A program made the position numbers and the translations under genes. A stretch of DNA of 64,000 nt, taken from NCBI GenBank assembly GCA_965197475.1, contig CBDANF010000003.1, forward strand, positions 1,024,001-1,088,000, in the 5' to 3' direction. The notes under the pieces are model-generated. The model was given only the letters and a program-made list of their open reading frames with translations, searched no databases and had not been told where the DNA came from. Positions within the stretch are counted from its first letter, which is position 1. Every line of letters starts with the position of its first letter. This DNA comes from Candidatus Poribacteria bacterium. GTDB lineage: Bacteria; Poribacteria; WGA-4E; WGA-3G. Shown piece by piece: positions 28,686 to 39,920 of this stretch.

Positions 28686-31397
28686 TTATAGAGGTTCTAA
28701 TCGGACTGGACAGACTTTCAACTCGGCTGTATGAGTGATAGGATCGTATCCTGAGCCGGTTAAAAGATTAACAGGGACATCGGCGAAACTGAAACTGGCG
28801 AAAACGGTACCACGCGGTGAGCGATTTGTTGCCTTGACTTTAATATTGATACTCCCCCGTGCACTGCTCATTTTACACCATTCACCATCTGCCAATTGCC
28901 ATTTTTCAAGGTCAGTAGGGTTCACTTCAAGAGATTCTTCTGGCAACAGATAATCAATTCCTTGTGCCCTGCCTGTCTGTGTGCGGGTATGATAGGATTG
29001 CAAGCGTCTTCCAGTCGTTAGCCACACAGGGAAATCATCGCTAATTGTCTCTGCGGGGTCTCGGTAATGAACGTTAGAAAATATACCTTTTCCGTTGACG
29101 AACGTTTCTTCGTGTAAACGAGGAGTGCCGGGGTGTTCTTTGTATGGAACAGGCCACTGGTTGTTTAATATGTCCGTGGTACCTTTCTCAATGCGTTCCC
29201 AATCCAACCCTGCATAAATTGGCGAAAGCCGACAGAGTTCATTGAAAATCGGTTTTGGCGCGTCAAATTCAAAACCTTTGAACCCGAGTCGCTTTGCGAT
29301 TTGGCAGATGATCCACCAATCAGGTTTTGCCTCACCTATAGGTGGAACTGCAGCGCGCATCCGTTGGACACGGCGTTCTGTATTTGTGCAGACCCCATCA
29401 GTTTCGCCCCATGCTGTTGCTGGCAGCACAACATCGGCAAGTGCTGCGGTTTCGGTCAAGAAAATGTCAATAACAACGAGATGATCCAAGGAACGGAGTG
29501 CATGCTCACAATGTTCACGGTCAGGGTCAGATAGCAGTGTGTTTTCGCCATCAATAAGCATTGCATGAATGCTATCACCGCAGAGTTCCAAAGCAGTGAC
29601 CTTTGTGATACCTTTTTCAAGGTCAATTTCCCTACCGTACTCGGCTCGGAATTTTGCTTGATTTTCAGGCTCAGTAACAGATTGGAAACCGGGATAATTG
29701 TTTGGTAAAGCACCACTATCCCCTGCGCCTTGGATGTTGTTTTGTCCGCGCATCGGATTGATCCCTGTCCCCTCGCGTCCGATATTCCCTGTCATCAGCA
29801 CAAGGTTGCACAGACTCTGGACATTCTCAACGCCGCAGATATGTTCCGTGATACCCAACGTGTAGTAGATAGCACCTTTTTTGGCAGTGCCATACCACAT
29901 CGCTGCAGTTTCAATATCTTTCGCTGGCACACCTGTAATTGTTTCTGCCCATTCCGGTGTCCATTGACTGATATGTTCAAAGAATTCATCAAACCCTATT
30001 GTTCGGTTTTTGATGAATTCGTCATTTATTAAGCCTTCGCGAGCGATGACGTGTGCCATTCCGAGTAACAGTGCAGTATCTGACCCGACACGTAACGGCA
30101 GATATAGATGCGATATATCTGCTAATCCGATGCGCCTCGGATCGGCAACAATAAGTTTTGCACCGCGTGCAATTGCTTTCTTTAATCCTGTGGCTGCAAC
30201 GGGATGGCATTCTGTCATATTTGTGCCGATGCAGAAAATTATATCCGGTTTCTGCATATCAACAAGCGGGTTAGACATCGCACCACGTCCGATTGTCGCT
30301 GCCAGACCGGCAACGGTCGGCGCGTGTCAGGCACGGCTACAATTATCGATATAGTTAGTGCCGAACCCTACGCGGATAAACTTCTGCATGAGATACGCAG
30401 CTTCACTCGGTGCGCGCCCAGAGGCGATTCCGTAGATGCTATACCTGCCGTGTTCGGCATAGACCTTCCTGAAACCCTCAGCAGCTTTATCAAGCGCATC
30501 TTCCCATGTGGCTTCGTGGAGTTCTCCATCTTCGCCGCGTACAAGCGGTGTTTTCAATCGATCAGGGTGTTGTACGAAATCGTAAGCGAACTGCCCTTTC
30601 ACGCAGAGTGCACCTTGATTGGCGGGTCCGTCCATTGCGGGATGGATGCCGACAATCTTTTCGTCTTTCGTTAGTATATCAACGGAGCAACCGACTCCAC
30701 AATAAGGACAGATGGTGCGTGTTTTATCAAGCGGGGCATCGGCTACCTCATCAACAGCGCGGAGAGCCTTTTTGTCGGCGAGTGCACCTGTAGGACAAGT
30801 TTGAATACACTGTCCACAGAAAGTACAGGCAGAGTCTTTGAGAAGACCATCAAATTCTGTAGTAATTTGTGTCCGAAAACCACGGTTCATCACATTGATG
30901 GCATGGTCACCTTCTTGTTCAGCACAGACACGTACGCATCGATAGCAGGAGATACAGAGATCGTAATCTCTGAGAATAAAAGGATTATCATCGGCTTTGC
31001 TCAAGCCGGATTTTGCCCCTGTTATACTTGTGTTTTTGATTTCGTACTTGTCACGAAGATTTGCGAGTTCACCTGAAGCGTAACCTCGTAGCGGGTGGAC
31101 ATCTACCTCACGATTCTCACTAATAACCATCTCAAGTAGCGTCTTCCGGTACGCTTCTATTGTATCGGTTGCAGTACGGACAACCATGCCAGATGCAGCT
31201 TTTGTTGTACACGATGCCACCGGATTTCGCGCACCTTCTAATTCAACGATGCACAGACAGCATCCGCCAAACGGTTCCAGTCGTGGGTCGTAACAGAGCG
31301 TCGGAATGTCTTTTTGATGTTGTTGTGCCACTTCAAGCACAGTTTCACCTTCGGTAAAAGAGACTTCAACGCCATCAATTTGCATTTTATCTGACAT
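28686..31397 (-). CDS. fdhF: Formate dehydrogenase alpha subunit, selenocysteine-containing (903 aa; joins two ORF-track ORFs)
   Basis: In-frame TGA at 30327-30329 in DNCSRA-U-HAPTVAGL; N-terminal 2Fe-2S and 4Fe-4S motifs, CPYCGVGC, RGQNNIQG, molybdopterin-binding C-terminus. Confidence 0.92.
30297..30315 (-). promoter_or_regulatory. Bacterial SECIS hairpin
   Basis: CGTTGCC-GGTCT-GGCAGCG starting 11 nt 3' of the UGA, resembling the E. coli fdhF SECIS. Confidence 0.8.
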
Positions 31398-31453
31398 AAT
31401 CCCTACTCCACCTTACCAAAGAATACAAATTTTATAGTTCAACACAACTGGAA

Positions 31454-32512
31454 TTATTCTTCTTCTTCAGTAAAATCAATTTGCGGGACTTCAAACTCAC
31501 CTGATAGGATTTTGGCTTTTACTTCTTCAACGGCATCAAGCACTTCTTGCGGTATCTTATCTTTCAAGTTAGGGTTGTAATTGAATGTGATTGCCTGGTC
31601 CGTTAACATATTAAAGGTGTAAATCTGTGGATCAAACTTTCCATCCGGTTTAAACTTAGCATCCTTAACTATTTTAGCAACCTTAACAAAAGCTTTTGGC
31701 GTAATTATAGCATTGGCAAGCACTGTTTCAGGGGAAATATCACTCTTGTCCCGATTGACACCAAATGTGTATACAGTTTTCCCTTCTTTTTGAGCAATTT
31801 CTGCAGCATGAAAAGCACCAAGTCCTGATGCATCAGCATTCGGGAAAAGAAAGTCTACACCTTCATTAATTAGTGCAAGTGACAGTTCTTTTCCTTTAAC
31901 ACTATCCTCCCAGCTCCCCACATATACCTTGCGGACATCTATTTCAGGATTAACACTTTTTGCCCCAGCTTCAAAAGCGATAAAAGTGCTTTTGACAGAC
32001 GGAATTTCATCACCACCGATAGTTCCGAGTTTGTTTCCCTGTGTCATCATGCCAGCAATTATACCCATAAGGTAGGCGGGCTGCTCAACACGGTAGTTAG
32101 TTGGGGCGATATTGTCACTTTTGTAACCACCTGAAGAGTTAATGAAAATTGTATCAGGGAAATCAGGTGCAACCCGTTTTGCGGGATCCTGAAATTCATA
32201 ACCATGTCCAAAGATAAGGTCGTATCCCCTTTCCGCATAAAAACGGAAGTTCTCTTCTTGATCAGCAGGCGTTCGACTCACAACATATTTAATTTTTGCC
32301 CCAAGTTCCTTTTCAATTGCCAAAAGTCCATCGTACGCTAAGGCATTCCATCCTGCGTCTGTGAATTCACCAGGCAGAAGCATTGCCACCTCAAATTCAT
32401 CATTTGTTTTGGTATCTGCACATCCAGCAAGCATGAATCCGAATGTAAAAAGGCAAATCATGCAAAGCGCAGCTCTTATGCTAATCTTTATTGACCAACG
32501 AACCTGTTTCAT
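31454..32512 (-). CDS. BMP-family ABC transporter substrate-binding lipoprotein
   Basis: LAGC lipobox, DAGWNALAYDG, GYDLIFGHGYEF, YVGSWED. Confidence 0.9.
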   Translation of the reverse strand: MKQVRWSIKISIRAALCMICLFTFGFMLAGCADTKTNDEFEVAMLLPGEFTDAGWNALAYDGLLAIEKELGAKIKYVVSRTPADQEENFRFYAERGYDLIFGHGYEFQDPAKRVAPDFPDTIFINSSGGYKSDNIAPTNYRVEQPAYLMGIIAGMMTQGNKLGTIGGDEIPSVKSTFIAFEAGAKSVNPEIDVRKVYVGSWEDSVKGKELSLALINEGVDFLFPNADASGLGAFHAAEIAQKEGKTVYTFGVNRDKSDISPETVLANAIITPKAFVKVAKIVKDAKFKPDGKFDPQIYTFNMLTDQAITFNYNPNLKDKIPQEVLDAVEEVKAKILSGEFEVPQIDFTEEEE

Positions 32513-32593
32513 AATTATGTTCTCCTCTGTATTATTGAAACTGACACTATTATAGCATATATGTCAAGAGATGTAAATTGTAAAATGTGTTGA

Positions 32594-32938
32594 GTTTCAC
32601 GTTGTTCAACCCATAGGTGTCAATTTAGTGTGCTGTGCTATATGCAAAAAGATGCTGATTTGTGAAGAACGCAGCACCAGCGGTGCGGAATGTGTATAGA
32701 AAACGGTGTCAAATACCCTCTTGATCCCCGCCAATTGCCATAGGCGCATTTGGCGGGGATTCGCGGGGTGAAAGGTGTCTGACAACACGTGCACAAATAC
32801 ACCTGTCGCCCCGCTGGGGCTTGAGTTTGGTAGGGTCGCGTGTCCTATATACACTTGTCGTCCCTCTGGGGCTTAGATATCCAAAATATAGGTTTATTTC
32901 CTTAAATTGACACCTATGGGTTTCACGTTGTTCAACCC
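32594..32938. mobile_element. MITE-like element with 18-bp TIRs, flanking 19-bp direct repeats and internal REP-like units
   Basis: cccataggtgtcaattta (32610-32627) / taaattgacacctatggg (32903-32920); gtttcacgttgttcaaccc at 32594 and 32920. Confidence 0.75.
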
Positions 32939-33049
32939 GCCAAGGACCACACGCGCACTTTGCGTTGATTCATTGCGACTTTAGTCGAACTCACATTAAG
33001 CGAATGATGATAGTTTCCGATTGAAATTCTTTCCGTGCACCTTGGAAAC

Positions 33050-34336
33050 TCAAAACAGCGGTTGTGATGTTTTCCCAAGCACCTTCGGCAGCCAGAGACT
33101 CAACTCAGGAATATAAGTCACAAGTATTAAGGCTATCAACAACAAACCGATAAACAGTAGAACGGATCGGTAGAGTAGGACCACCGATTTGTCAAACTTC
33201 ATGCTTGATATAAACAGATTCATGCCTATCGGTGGTGTGAGATAGCCGATTTCAAGATTTGTTAGGACGATTATGCCGAGGTGTACTTTGTCAATCCCAA
33301 ATTGCTCGGCAATGGGCAGAAGTAATGGGACAATTATGATTATCGCTGAAAAAATATCCATCAAACACCCAACGATGAGTAGAAAGATATTGAGTCCGAT
33401 GAGTGTAATGACTCGGCTATCCGTTATTGACTGTATCCAATCAAGAACAATTATGGGCACATCGTGGTTGATGAGATAACCCGTTAACGCTTGAGCTATA
33501 CCGAGAATGATAAGAATTGCTCCGACAAGCAACATGCTCTCTTTGACAAGGCGCGGTAATGTTTTGATGGAAATTGATCTGTGGATACAAATTTCTACGA
33601 TACAGACATATATAACAGTCAATGCCGCAACTTCATCAAGTGTAACAACCCCTGATAGGATACCACCTAACACCAGAATTGGCAACATTAGTTCCCACTT
33701 CGAATCCCAGAGTGTTCGTAGGAAAACGAAAAAGTTAAACTTAGTCGTTTCAGTTTTTTTTAAGATACTCCATCCACAGCAGTAAGCACTAAGAATAAAT
33801 AGAATTATTATACCGGGGATGATGCCAGCGAAAAGCATAGTGTCAATCCTGACCTGTGCTATGATGGCGTAAAGAATTAGTGGAACACTTGGTGGGAATA
33901 GGAGTCCGATACTTCCAGAGGCAGTCACCAACCCTAATGAAAATCGGTCATTATAACTTTGCTTTAGAATTGGATAGAGCAATCCCCCAAGCGCGATAAT
34001 CGTTATACCTGAAGCCCCTGTAAAAGTGGTAAAGAAAGCACAAGTGCCGAGAACTACCATTGCAATTCCACCCGGCAACCAACCGACACTTGCGCGTGCG
34101 AATGCAACTAAACGTTGCGGTGCCTTCCCTTCTGCTATAATAAACCCAGCAAGGGTGAAGAGTGGAATAATCAGAATTGTAGAATTCTTGGTAAGTCTGT
34201 TGATATCAATCAGGATTGAAGAAATCGGTTCACCTGCGGTGGCGTATCCGATAATTGATGCGCCACCGAGAAGAACAAAGAGTGCCCCACCGAAAAGAGC
34301 GAAACCTACTAATCCTATACCGATGATTAATCCCAT
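33050..34336 (-). CDS. dctM: TRAP transporter large permease
   Basis: IPLFTLAG, GSIGLLFPPS, EIGYLTPPIGMNLF. Confidence 0.93.
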   Translation of the reverse strand: MGLIIGIGLVGFALFGGALFVLLGGASIIGYATAGEPISSILIDINRLTKNSTILIIPLFTLAGFIIAEGKAPQRLVAFARASVGWLPGGIAMVVLGTCAFFTTFTGASGITIIALGGLLYPILKQSYNDRFSLGLVTASGSIGLLFPPSVPLILYAIIAQVRIDTMLFAGIIPGIIILFILSAYCCGWSILKKTETTKFNFFVFLRTLWDSKWELMLPILVLGGILSGVVTLDEVAALTVIYVCIVEICIHRSISIKTLPRLVKESMLLVGAILIILGIAQALTGYLINHDVPIIVLDWIQSITDSRVITLIGLNIFLLIVGCLMDIFSAIIIIVPLLLPIAEQFGIDKVHLGIIVLTNLEIGYLTPPIGMNLFISSMKFDKSVVLLYRSVLLFIGLLLIALILVTYIPELSLWLPKVLGKTSQPLF

Positions 34337-34863
34337 TAGTCCGATTCTCCTTCAACAGCACCCTGAGTATATTCACGTTCTACCAAACGGATACAAATCT
34401 GGAGCACCAAGTGAATCCCGATAAGAACGAACCCTATCGGGATAATGATCTTTGCCCACCAGAGCGGGACCGACCCTATCAGTGTTGCGGGACTTTTTTG
34501 TTCTTCTATCAGAAAAACAAAGCCGAAATAGGCTAAAATGCTCACAATAATCAGGCTGAGAACATCAATAATATAGGAACTGAAGCGTATGACGTTTTCA
34601 GGCAAAATCCGACTGAGAACATCAATACTGATGTGTCGTCTTTCAGAGGATGCGAGTGCAGCACCTAAAAAACACAACCAGAGTGTCAAGTTCTGAAGCA
34701 TCAGATGTTTCCATAACAGGCTTGTCTTGAAGCCGTAACGCAAGACTATTTCAAGTATCGCAAGCCCAATCATCATTGCAACAATCAGACATAACAAACC
34801 GGTTTCAATTTTGCCAAGGAAGGTATTTATGCGTTGTAAGTAGTTCTTTGAAGAAGATTCCAT
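34336..34863 (-). CDS. dctQ: TRAP transporter small permease
   Basis: Four TM segments, WLCFLGAALASSERRHISIDVL. Confidence 0.9.
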   Translation of the reverse strand: MESSSKNYLQRINTFLGKIETGLLCLIVAMMIGLAILEIVLRYGFKTSLLWKHLMLQNLTLWLCFLGAALASSERRHISIDVLSRILPENVIRFSSYIIDVLSLIIVSILAYFGFVFLIEEQKSPATLIGSVPLWWAKIIIPIGFVLIGIHLVLQICIRLVEREYTQGAVEGESD

Positions 34864-34875
34864 CAGAGTCCTCTG

Positions 34876-36198
34876 TTATTTATCCTCTGCGAATACCTGA
34901 ATTCCTGCTGAAGGTAGGACTGTGACTTTCGCTTTTGCTGGAAGTTTTTCAGCAAACAGTTGGATAAGTTGTTCCAAGTCGCGGAAGAGGCGGGCATTTG
35001 CGTGCTTTTTGTAAAAATCCTCTACCAAAAAATGTTCCGACCAGACGTGTAGTTGATCCTGACTTCCAAGTTTGGGTTCGGGGAGTTCAGGCGGGGTTCT
35101 TTCTGCTCTCTGCTCAAGATAGCGGGTATAATCCATTTGATCAAACAACCCATGGTAGCAGATACCATCACTTGCAGGATTAAGTGCCATCTGATATGCC
35201 TTTTCAAAATAACTGGTTGCCCACAACGCCTTTCCCGTTTGGATTAGGCCATCTGATATGCCTTTTCAAAATAACTGGTTGCCCACAACGCCTTTCCCGT
35301 TTGGATAGGATCGCTGTCAAGCGGATAACAATTTAGCACAACCAGATCAGTTTCTTTCCGAGATTGCATCGGTATCTCTGTCCTGTAGGTTTCTAAAGCG
35401 AAATATGCACCAGCGCGATGTGCCTGTACGAAAGTCTCCAGCGAATAATCCACAAATCTCCCGTCGTGAATTTAGAACAACATTTGCGATAACATCAAGA
35501 CCGATGACAGTGGCAACCTCTTCAGCAAAATCTCGGTGGTCAAAGGTATTGCTCTTTTTTTTTATGACAGCATGCCCACGACTCGGTGAAAAAGTGTGAA
35601 AATAGAACATCGTCGCAAATCCAGAGACACCCGGAACAATCAACTTTGCTCCGCCTCCAAATCCAACGGAACCGTGAGGATAGATACCTCCCAAACAGAT
35701 TTTGAAATCAGCATCTGCAACAACACTGTTGATATAGATAGGCATTCCGTTACCGAGCCTTCCATACCCACGTAGGTCACCGCTCATAAAGTTATGGCTT
35801 GTCACCTCATATTCTGCCGCGATGTCAGTGCCGACTTTTTTCGCTATTTCTTTATCTGTAAGAGGTCGGTGCGATCCGCCGCCAACAACAAACCTGATTT
35901 CTGATTTCGGAACGCCTGCTGATGCAAGTTCGTGCAGTAGAAACGGAATAACTTTTGCTGCAGGGGTCGGACGGCTCAGGTCATCAACAATGATGGCAGC
36001 ACTCTTTTTGCCTTTTGCTAATTCCACAATACGAGGTGTGCCGATCGGTTCTGCAAACGCGCGTTCAATCTGTTTGTCAGAGAGTGCTGGTGCGTCCTTC
36101 GGTCCCAAAACTTCTACCTCCCAGTCCGTTGGGAAGTTCAACGTCAGTTTCTCATCTCCATACCATGCACGAGAATGGACTGTTGCGGTATTGTTCAT
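34876..36198 (-). pseudogene. LarA (lactate racemase) family gene disrupted by a +1 frameshift and a 62-bp duplication
   Basis: Three ORF-track fragments align consecutively to the upstream paralog; extra base near 35431-35433; 59-bp repeat at 35186-35244 and 35248-35306. Confidence 0.85.
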
Positions 36199-36286
36199 GA
36201 TTGCCCTCCATTTCTGAATCTGGAATCCACGAATAAGCGTAGATATGTCCTATTCTGAACGTGAGTTTGACTTAAGCCGTAGTGTT

Positions 36287-37543
36287 TTAATTTGGTGTTA
36301 ATACCTGAATTCCCGCCACTGGTAAGACAGCAACTTTTGCACGTGCTGGAAGTTTTTCCGTTAATAGTTCAATTAGTTGACCTAAGTCTCGAAAAAGAAG
36401 AGATGAGGGATATTCCTTGTAGAAGTCATCTACTCCAAAATGTTCAGACCACACGTGCAGTTGTGTGCGTCTTCCGAGTTTCGGCGTGGGAGGATCAGAC
36501 GGAACCTGTTCGGCTTTCTGCTTAAGATACCGCGGATAATCAAGCCGGTCGAACAGTCCATGGAAGCATGATCCATCGGATGCGGGATAGAGTGCAATCG
36601 TATAAGCGTTTTCAAAATAGGAAAAAGCAGCGAGTGCCTTATCAAGTTGAATCGCATCAGCATCAAGGGGATAGCAGTTAATCACCACAAGATCGCTCTC
36701 TGTCCGTGTAGTTTCCGATATTTCCGTTCTGTAGGTATCCATCGCAAAATGTGCTCCTTTACGATGTGCTTTAATGAAATCTCCTACGAACAACCCACAG
36801 ATTTCACGGCGGCTATTAAGGACCATATTGGCAATAGCATCAAGACCAAGCACAGTTGCTGCCATTTCAATGGTATCGCGACGATCTGGTTCATCACTCT
36901 GTCTCTCAATCACTGCGGGCCCACGTCCCGGTGGAAAAGTATGAAAATAGTACATCGTGGAAAATCCAGCGGTACCGGGAACAATTAGTTTTGCACCGCC
37001 ACTAAAACCTACCGAGCTGTGAGGGTAGATACCACCAAGACAGATTTTGAAGTCTGAATCTGCGACAGTCCGATTGATATAGACAGGTGTGCCGTTTTCA
37101 AGGTTTCCTAACGCGCGCAGGTCGCCGCTAAGGAAATTATGATTAGTTGCCTCATATTCCGCTGCGATATCGGCACCAACTTTCTTGACTATCTCATCTT
37201 CGGAGATGGGACGGTGTGCCCCAACACCTACGACAAATCGAATTTCTGATTTCGGTACACCGGCAGCGAAGAGTTCCCGTAGCAAAAACGGAATTACTTT
37301 AAAGGCAGGGGTCGGACGGCTCAGATCATCTACGATGATAGCAGCACTTTTTTTGCCTTTCGCGAGTTCAGCGATACGTTTTGTGCCGATTGGTTCTGTG
37401 AATGCTTGTTCAATTTGCGCGTCAGAAAGTGCTGGCGCATCGGTAGGATTCAGTATCTCCACTTCCCAACCGATTGGAAAATTCAGTGTAAGTTCGTTAT
37501 CCCTGTACCATGCCCCAGAAAGGACAGTGGCAGTGTTGTTCAT
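36287..37543 (-). CDS. LarA-family nickel-pincer 2-hydroxy-acid racemase/epimerase
   Basis: IIVDDLSRPTP, GVGAHR, PHSSVGFSGGAKLIVPG, CYPLD. Confidence 0.82.
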   Translation of the reverse strand: MNNTATVLSGAWYRDNELTLNFPIGWEVEILNPTDAPALSDAQIEQAFTEPIGTKRIAELAKGKKSAAIIVDDLSRPTPAFKVIPFLLRELFAAGVPKSEIRFVVGVGAHRPISEDEIVKKVGADIAAEYEATNHNFLSGDLRALGNLENGTPVYINRTVADSDFKICLGGIYPHSSVGFSGGAKLIVPGTAGFSTMYYFHTFPPGRGPAVIERQSDEPDRRDTIEMAATVLGLDAIANMVLNSRREICGLFVGDFIKAHRKGAHFAMDTYRTEISETTRTESDLVVINCYPLDADAIQLDKALAAFSYFENAYTIALYPASDGSCFHGLFDRLDYPRYLKQKAEQVPSDPPTPKLGRRTQLHVWSEHFGVDDFYKEYPSSLLFRDLGQLIELLTEKLPARAKVAVLPVAGIQVLTPN

Positions 37544-39168
37544 GCCTCATCTCCTGATTCAGTTTTTTCTCGTTGATGTAACAGTACCGCTGTAATAAAT
37601 TCTCGAAATAGCGGGTGCGGTGCAAGAGGTTTAGATTGAAATTCAGGATGAAATTGTGAACCAACCATCCACGGGTGATCGGTTACCTCAGCAATTTCGA
37701 CGAGGCTCCCATCAGGTGACACGCCGCTAAAACGGAGTCCCGCATCTTTTAATTCCGAACGGTAGTTGTTATTCAATTCATAGCGATGTCTATGCCGTTC
37801 CAAGATAATAGGTTGTTGATACGCTTCATAACTTTTGGTGTTTTCCTTAAGAACACATGGGTAATGTCCAAGCCGCATCGTTGCGCCTTTGTCGGCTATT
37901 GCGCGTTGTTCCAACATTAAATCTATGACAGGATACGGAGTTTTCTCATCAACTTCGGTGCTGTTTGCATTTTTTAGGTTCGCGACGTTTTGAGCAAATT
38001 CAATTACAAGACACTGCATCCCAAGACATAAACCAAAATAGGGCACATGATTTTCGCGAGCGTATTTAACTGCTGTTATCATTCCTTCGATACCACGATC
38101 GCCAAATCCACCCGGCACCAAAATTCCGTCAATATTTTCAAATACTCCATCAATATCGGGATGATCTGTCAACGTTTCAGCTTCTATCCATTCAATATGG
38201 ACATCAGCTTCATTGGCAATGCCACCATGTTTAATAGCTTCTTGGACACTAATATAGGCATCATTCCCAGTAGTGTATTTTCCTACGATAGCGATGTTCG
38301 TGGTGTGCTTGGGATTTTTAAGTTTTTCCACCATCGCTATCCATTCAGCATCCAACGTTGCACGTCTCTCAAGACCTAATTTTTTCGAGACGAGATGTCC
38401 CATACCCTGTTCTTCAAAATTGAGGGGAATTTCATCTACGCATTTTGTATCTAAACCTTCAAGAATCGATTCCTCACTAATACCACAGAGGAGTGCAATC
38501 TTTCTACGCACGCTGTCATCAATGTGTTGACTTGTGCGGCATAACAACAAATCGGGGTGGATACCCAATTCTTGGAGTTTTCTAATGCTGTGTTGCGTAG
38601 GTTTACTCTTGCTTTCACCATTGGGCAAGGTATAGATGAGCGAGACGTGGAGGAACAACGTATTTTCTCGTCCGACCTCCATAGCCATTTGTCGGATAGC
38701 TTCAACAAACGGTGGTGTTTCAAAATCACCGATGGTCCCACCTATTTCCGTGATGACGATGTCAACATTGCTGTCTTTTCCTATCTGATAGATACGACGT
38801 TTGATTTCGTCGGTAATATGTGGAATAAGTTGAACTGTTTGACCGAGGTAATCACCACGCCGTTCTTTTTGAATCACTTCATTATAAACAGAACCGGTCG
38901 TAAAATTAGATTGTTGGTTCAGGTCTACGCCCAAAAAACGTTCATAGTTTCCTACATCTAAGTCTGTTTCAGCACCGTCATGGGTTACAAAAACCTCACC
39001 GTGTTGGAAGGGATTCATTACCCCCGCATCAACATTCAGATACGGATCAATTTTTACAACGTTGACTTTGAAGCCTCGATTAATGAGCAATCTGCCTAAC
39101 GATGCGGTTGTAATTCCTTTACCTATTCCTGAGATAACGCCGCCTGTTACAAAGATATATTTTGTCAT
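37540..39168 (-). CDS. pyrG: CTP synthase
   Basis: KYIFVTGGVISGIGKG, GLCLGMQ, ERHRHRYE, QFHPE. Confidence 0.98.
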   Translation of the reverse strand: MTKYIFVTGGVISGIGKGITTASLGRLLINRGFKVNVVKIDPYLNVDAGVMNPFQHGEVFVTHDGAETDLDVGNYERFLGVDLNQQSNFTTGSVYNEVIQKERRGDYLGQTVQLIPHITDEIKRRIYQIGKDSNVDIVITEIGGTIGDFETPPFVEAIRQMAMEVGRENTLFLHVSLIYTLPNGESKSKPTQHSIRKLQELGIHPDLLLCRTSQHIDDSVRRKIALLCGISEESILEGLDTKCVDEIPLNFEEQGMGHLVSKKLGLERRATLDAEWIAMVEKLKNPKHTTNIAIVGKYTTGNDAYISVQEAIKHGGIANEADVHIEWIEAETLTDHPDIDGVFENIDGILVPGGFGDRGIEGMITAVKYARENHVPYFGLCLGMQCLVIEFAQNVANLKNANSTEVDEKTPYPVIDLMLEQRAIADKGATMRLGHYPCVLKENTKSYEAYQQPIILERHRHRYELNNNYRSELKDAGLRFSGVSPDGSLVEIAEVTDHPWMVGSQFHPEFQSKPLAPHPLFREFITAVLLHQREKTESGDEA

Positions 39169-39920
39169 TTTCTTTCAATGCCTCTCTTTTCTAAAATCTG
39201 TTTTACCCGTTCTAAGTCTTCAGGCACATCTACTCCAATAAGGGGGGTGTCGGTTTCAACGACATGAATGGGGATGCCGTGTTCTAAAAAACGTAACTGC
39301 TCTAAACCCTCAGCAACCTCATAAGGGGTGCGCTCCCAAGATGTGAATGCCAGGAGTTGTTCCTTGCGAAATGCATATAATCCAATATGTCTATACACTA
39401 AAGCATTTTGATCAAAATTATGCTGCTTGTTTATCGGTGTGCTGGGAATAGAACTTCTCGAAAAATATAACGCATCACCTTGAAGATTCGTAACGACTTT
39501 AACGACATTCCGGTTAAGGTAATCTGGGTTAGCGTAAATTCGCTCTTTTAAGGTGCAAACCTGTACCTCTGGTCTATCTATGAACGGCTGAAGCATCATA
39601 TCTAACTGTTCGGGTTCAAGCAATGGTTCATCACCTTGTATGTTAACAACAACATCACATGTCAATTGTTCAGCAACAAGCGACACACGGTCGGTTCCGG
39701 TAGCGCACTCCGGTGTCATCTGGACATTTCCATCAAAACTTTTAACAGCATCGTAGATGCGTTGGTCGTCCGTTGCGATGATAACTTGGCTAAGCATTTT
39801 AGACCTACAGGCACGTTCGTATACATGCTGCACCATCGGTTTCCCAAAAATATCTGCTAACGCTTTTCCCTCAAAACGGCTTGAGGCATATCGAGCTGGG
39901 ATAATTCCTATACTTTTCAA
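39165..39920 (-). CDS. kdsB: 3-deoxy-manno-octulosonate cytidylyltransferase
   Basis: IIPARYASSRFEGK, TGTDR, NIQGDEP, ALYFSRS, LEQLR. Confidence 0.96.
   Translation of the reverse strand: MKSIGIIPARYASSRFEGKALADIFGKPMVQHVYERACRSKMLSQVIIATDDQRIYDAVKSFDGNVQMTPECATGTDRVSLVAEQLTCDVVVNIQGDEPLLEPEQLDMMLQPFIDRPEVQVCTLKERIYANPDYLNRNVVKVVTNLQGDALYFSRSSIPSTPINKQHNFDQNALVYRHIGLYAFRKEQLLAFTSWERTPYEVAEGLEQLRFLEHGIPIHVVETDTPLIGVDVPEDLERVKQILEKRGIERK

Noticed and set aside
30327-30329. FDH as two genes or a pseudogene
   Set aside because: The stop is an in-frame UGA at the Sec/Cys site with a SECIS-like hairpin.
32606-32874. 82-aa ORF, or CRISPR-like repeats
   Set aside because: Lies within a MITE; only two or three degenerate units, no regular spacers and no cas genes.
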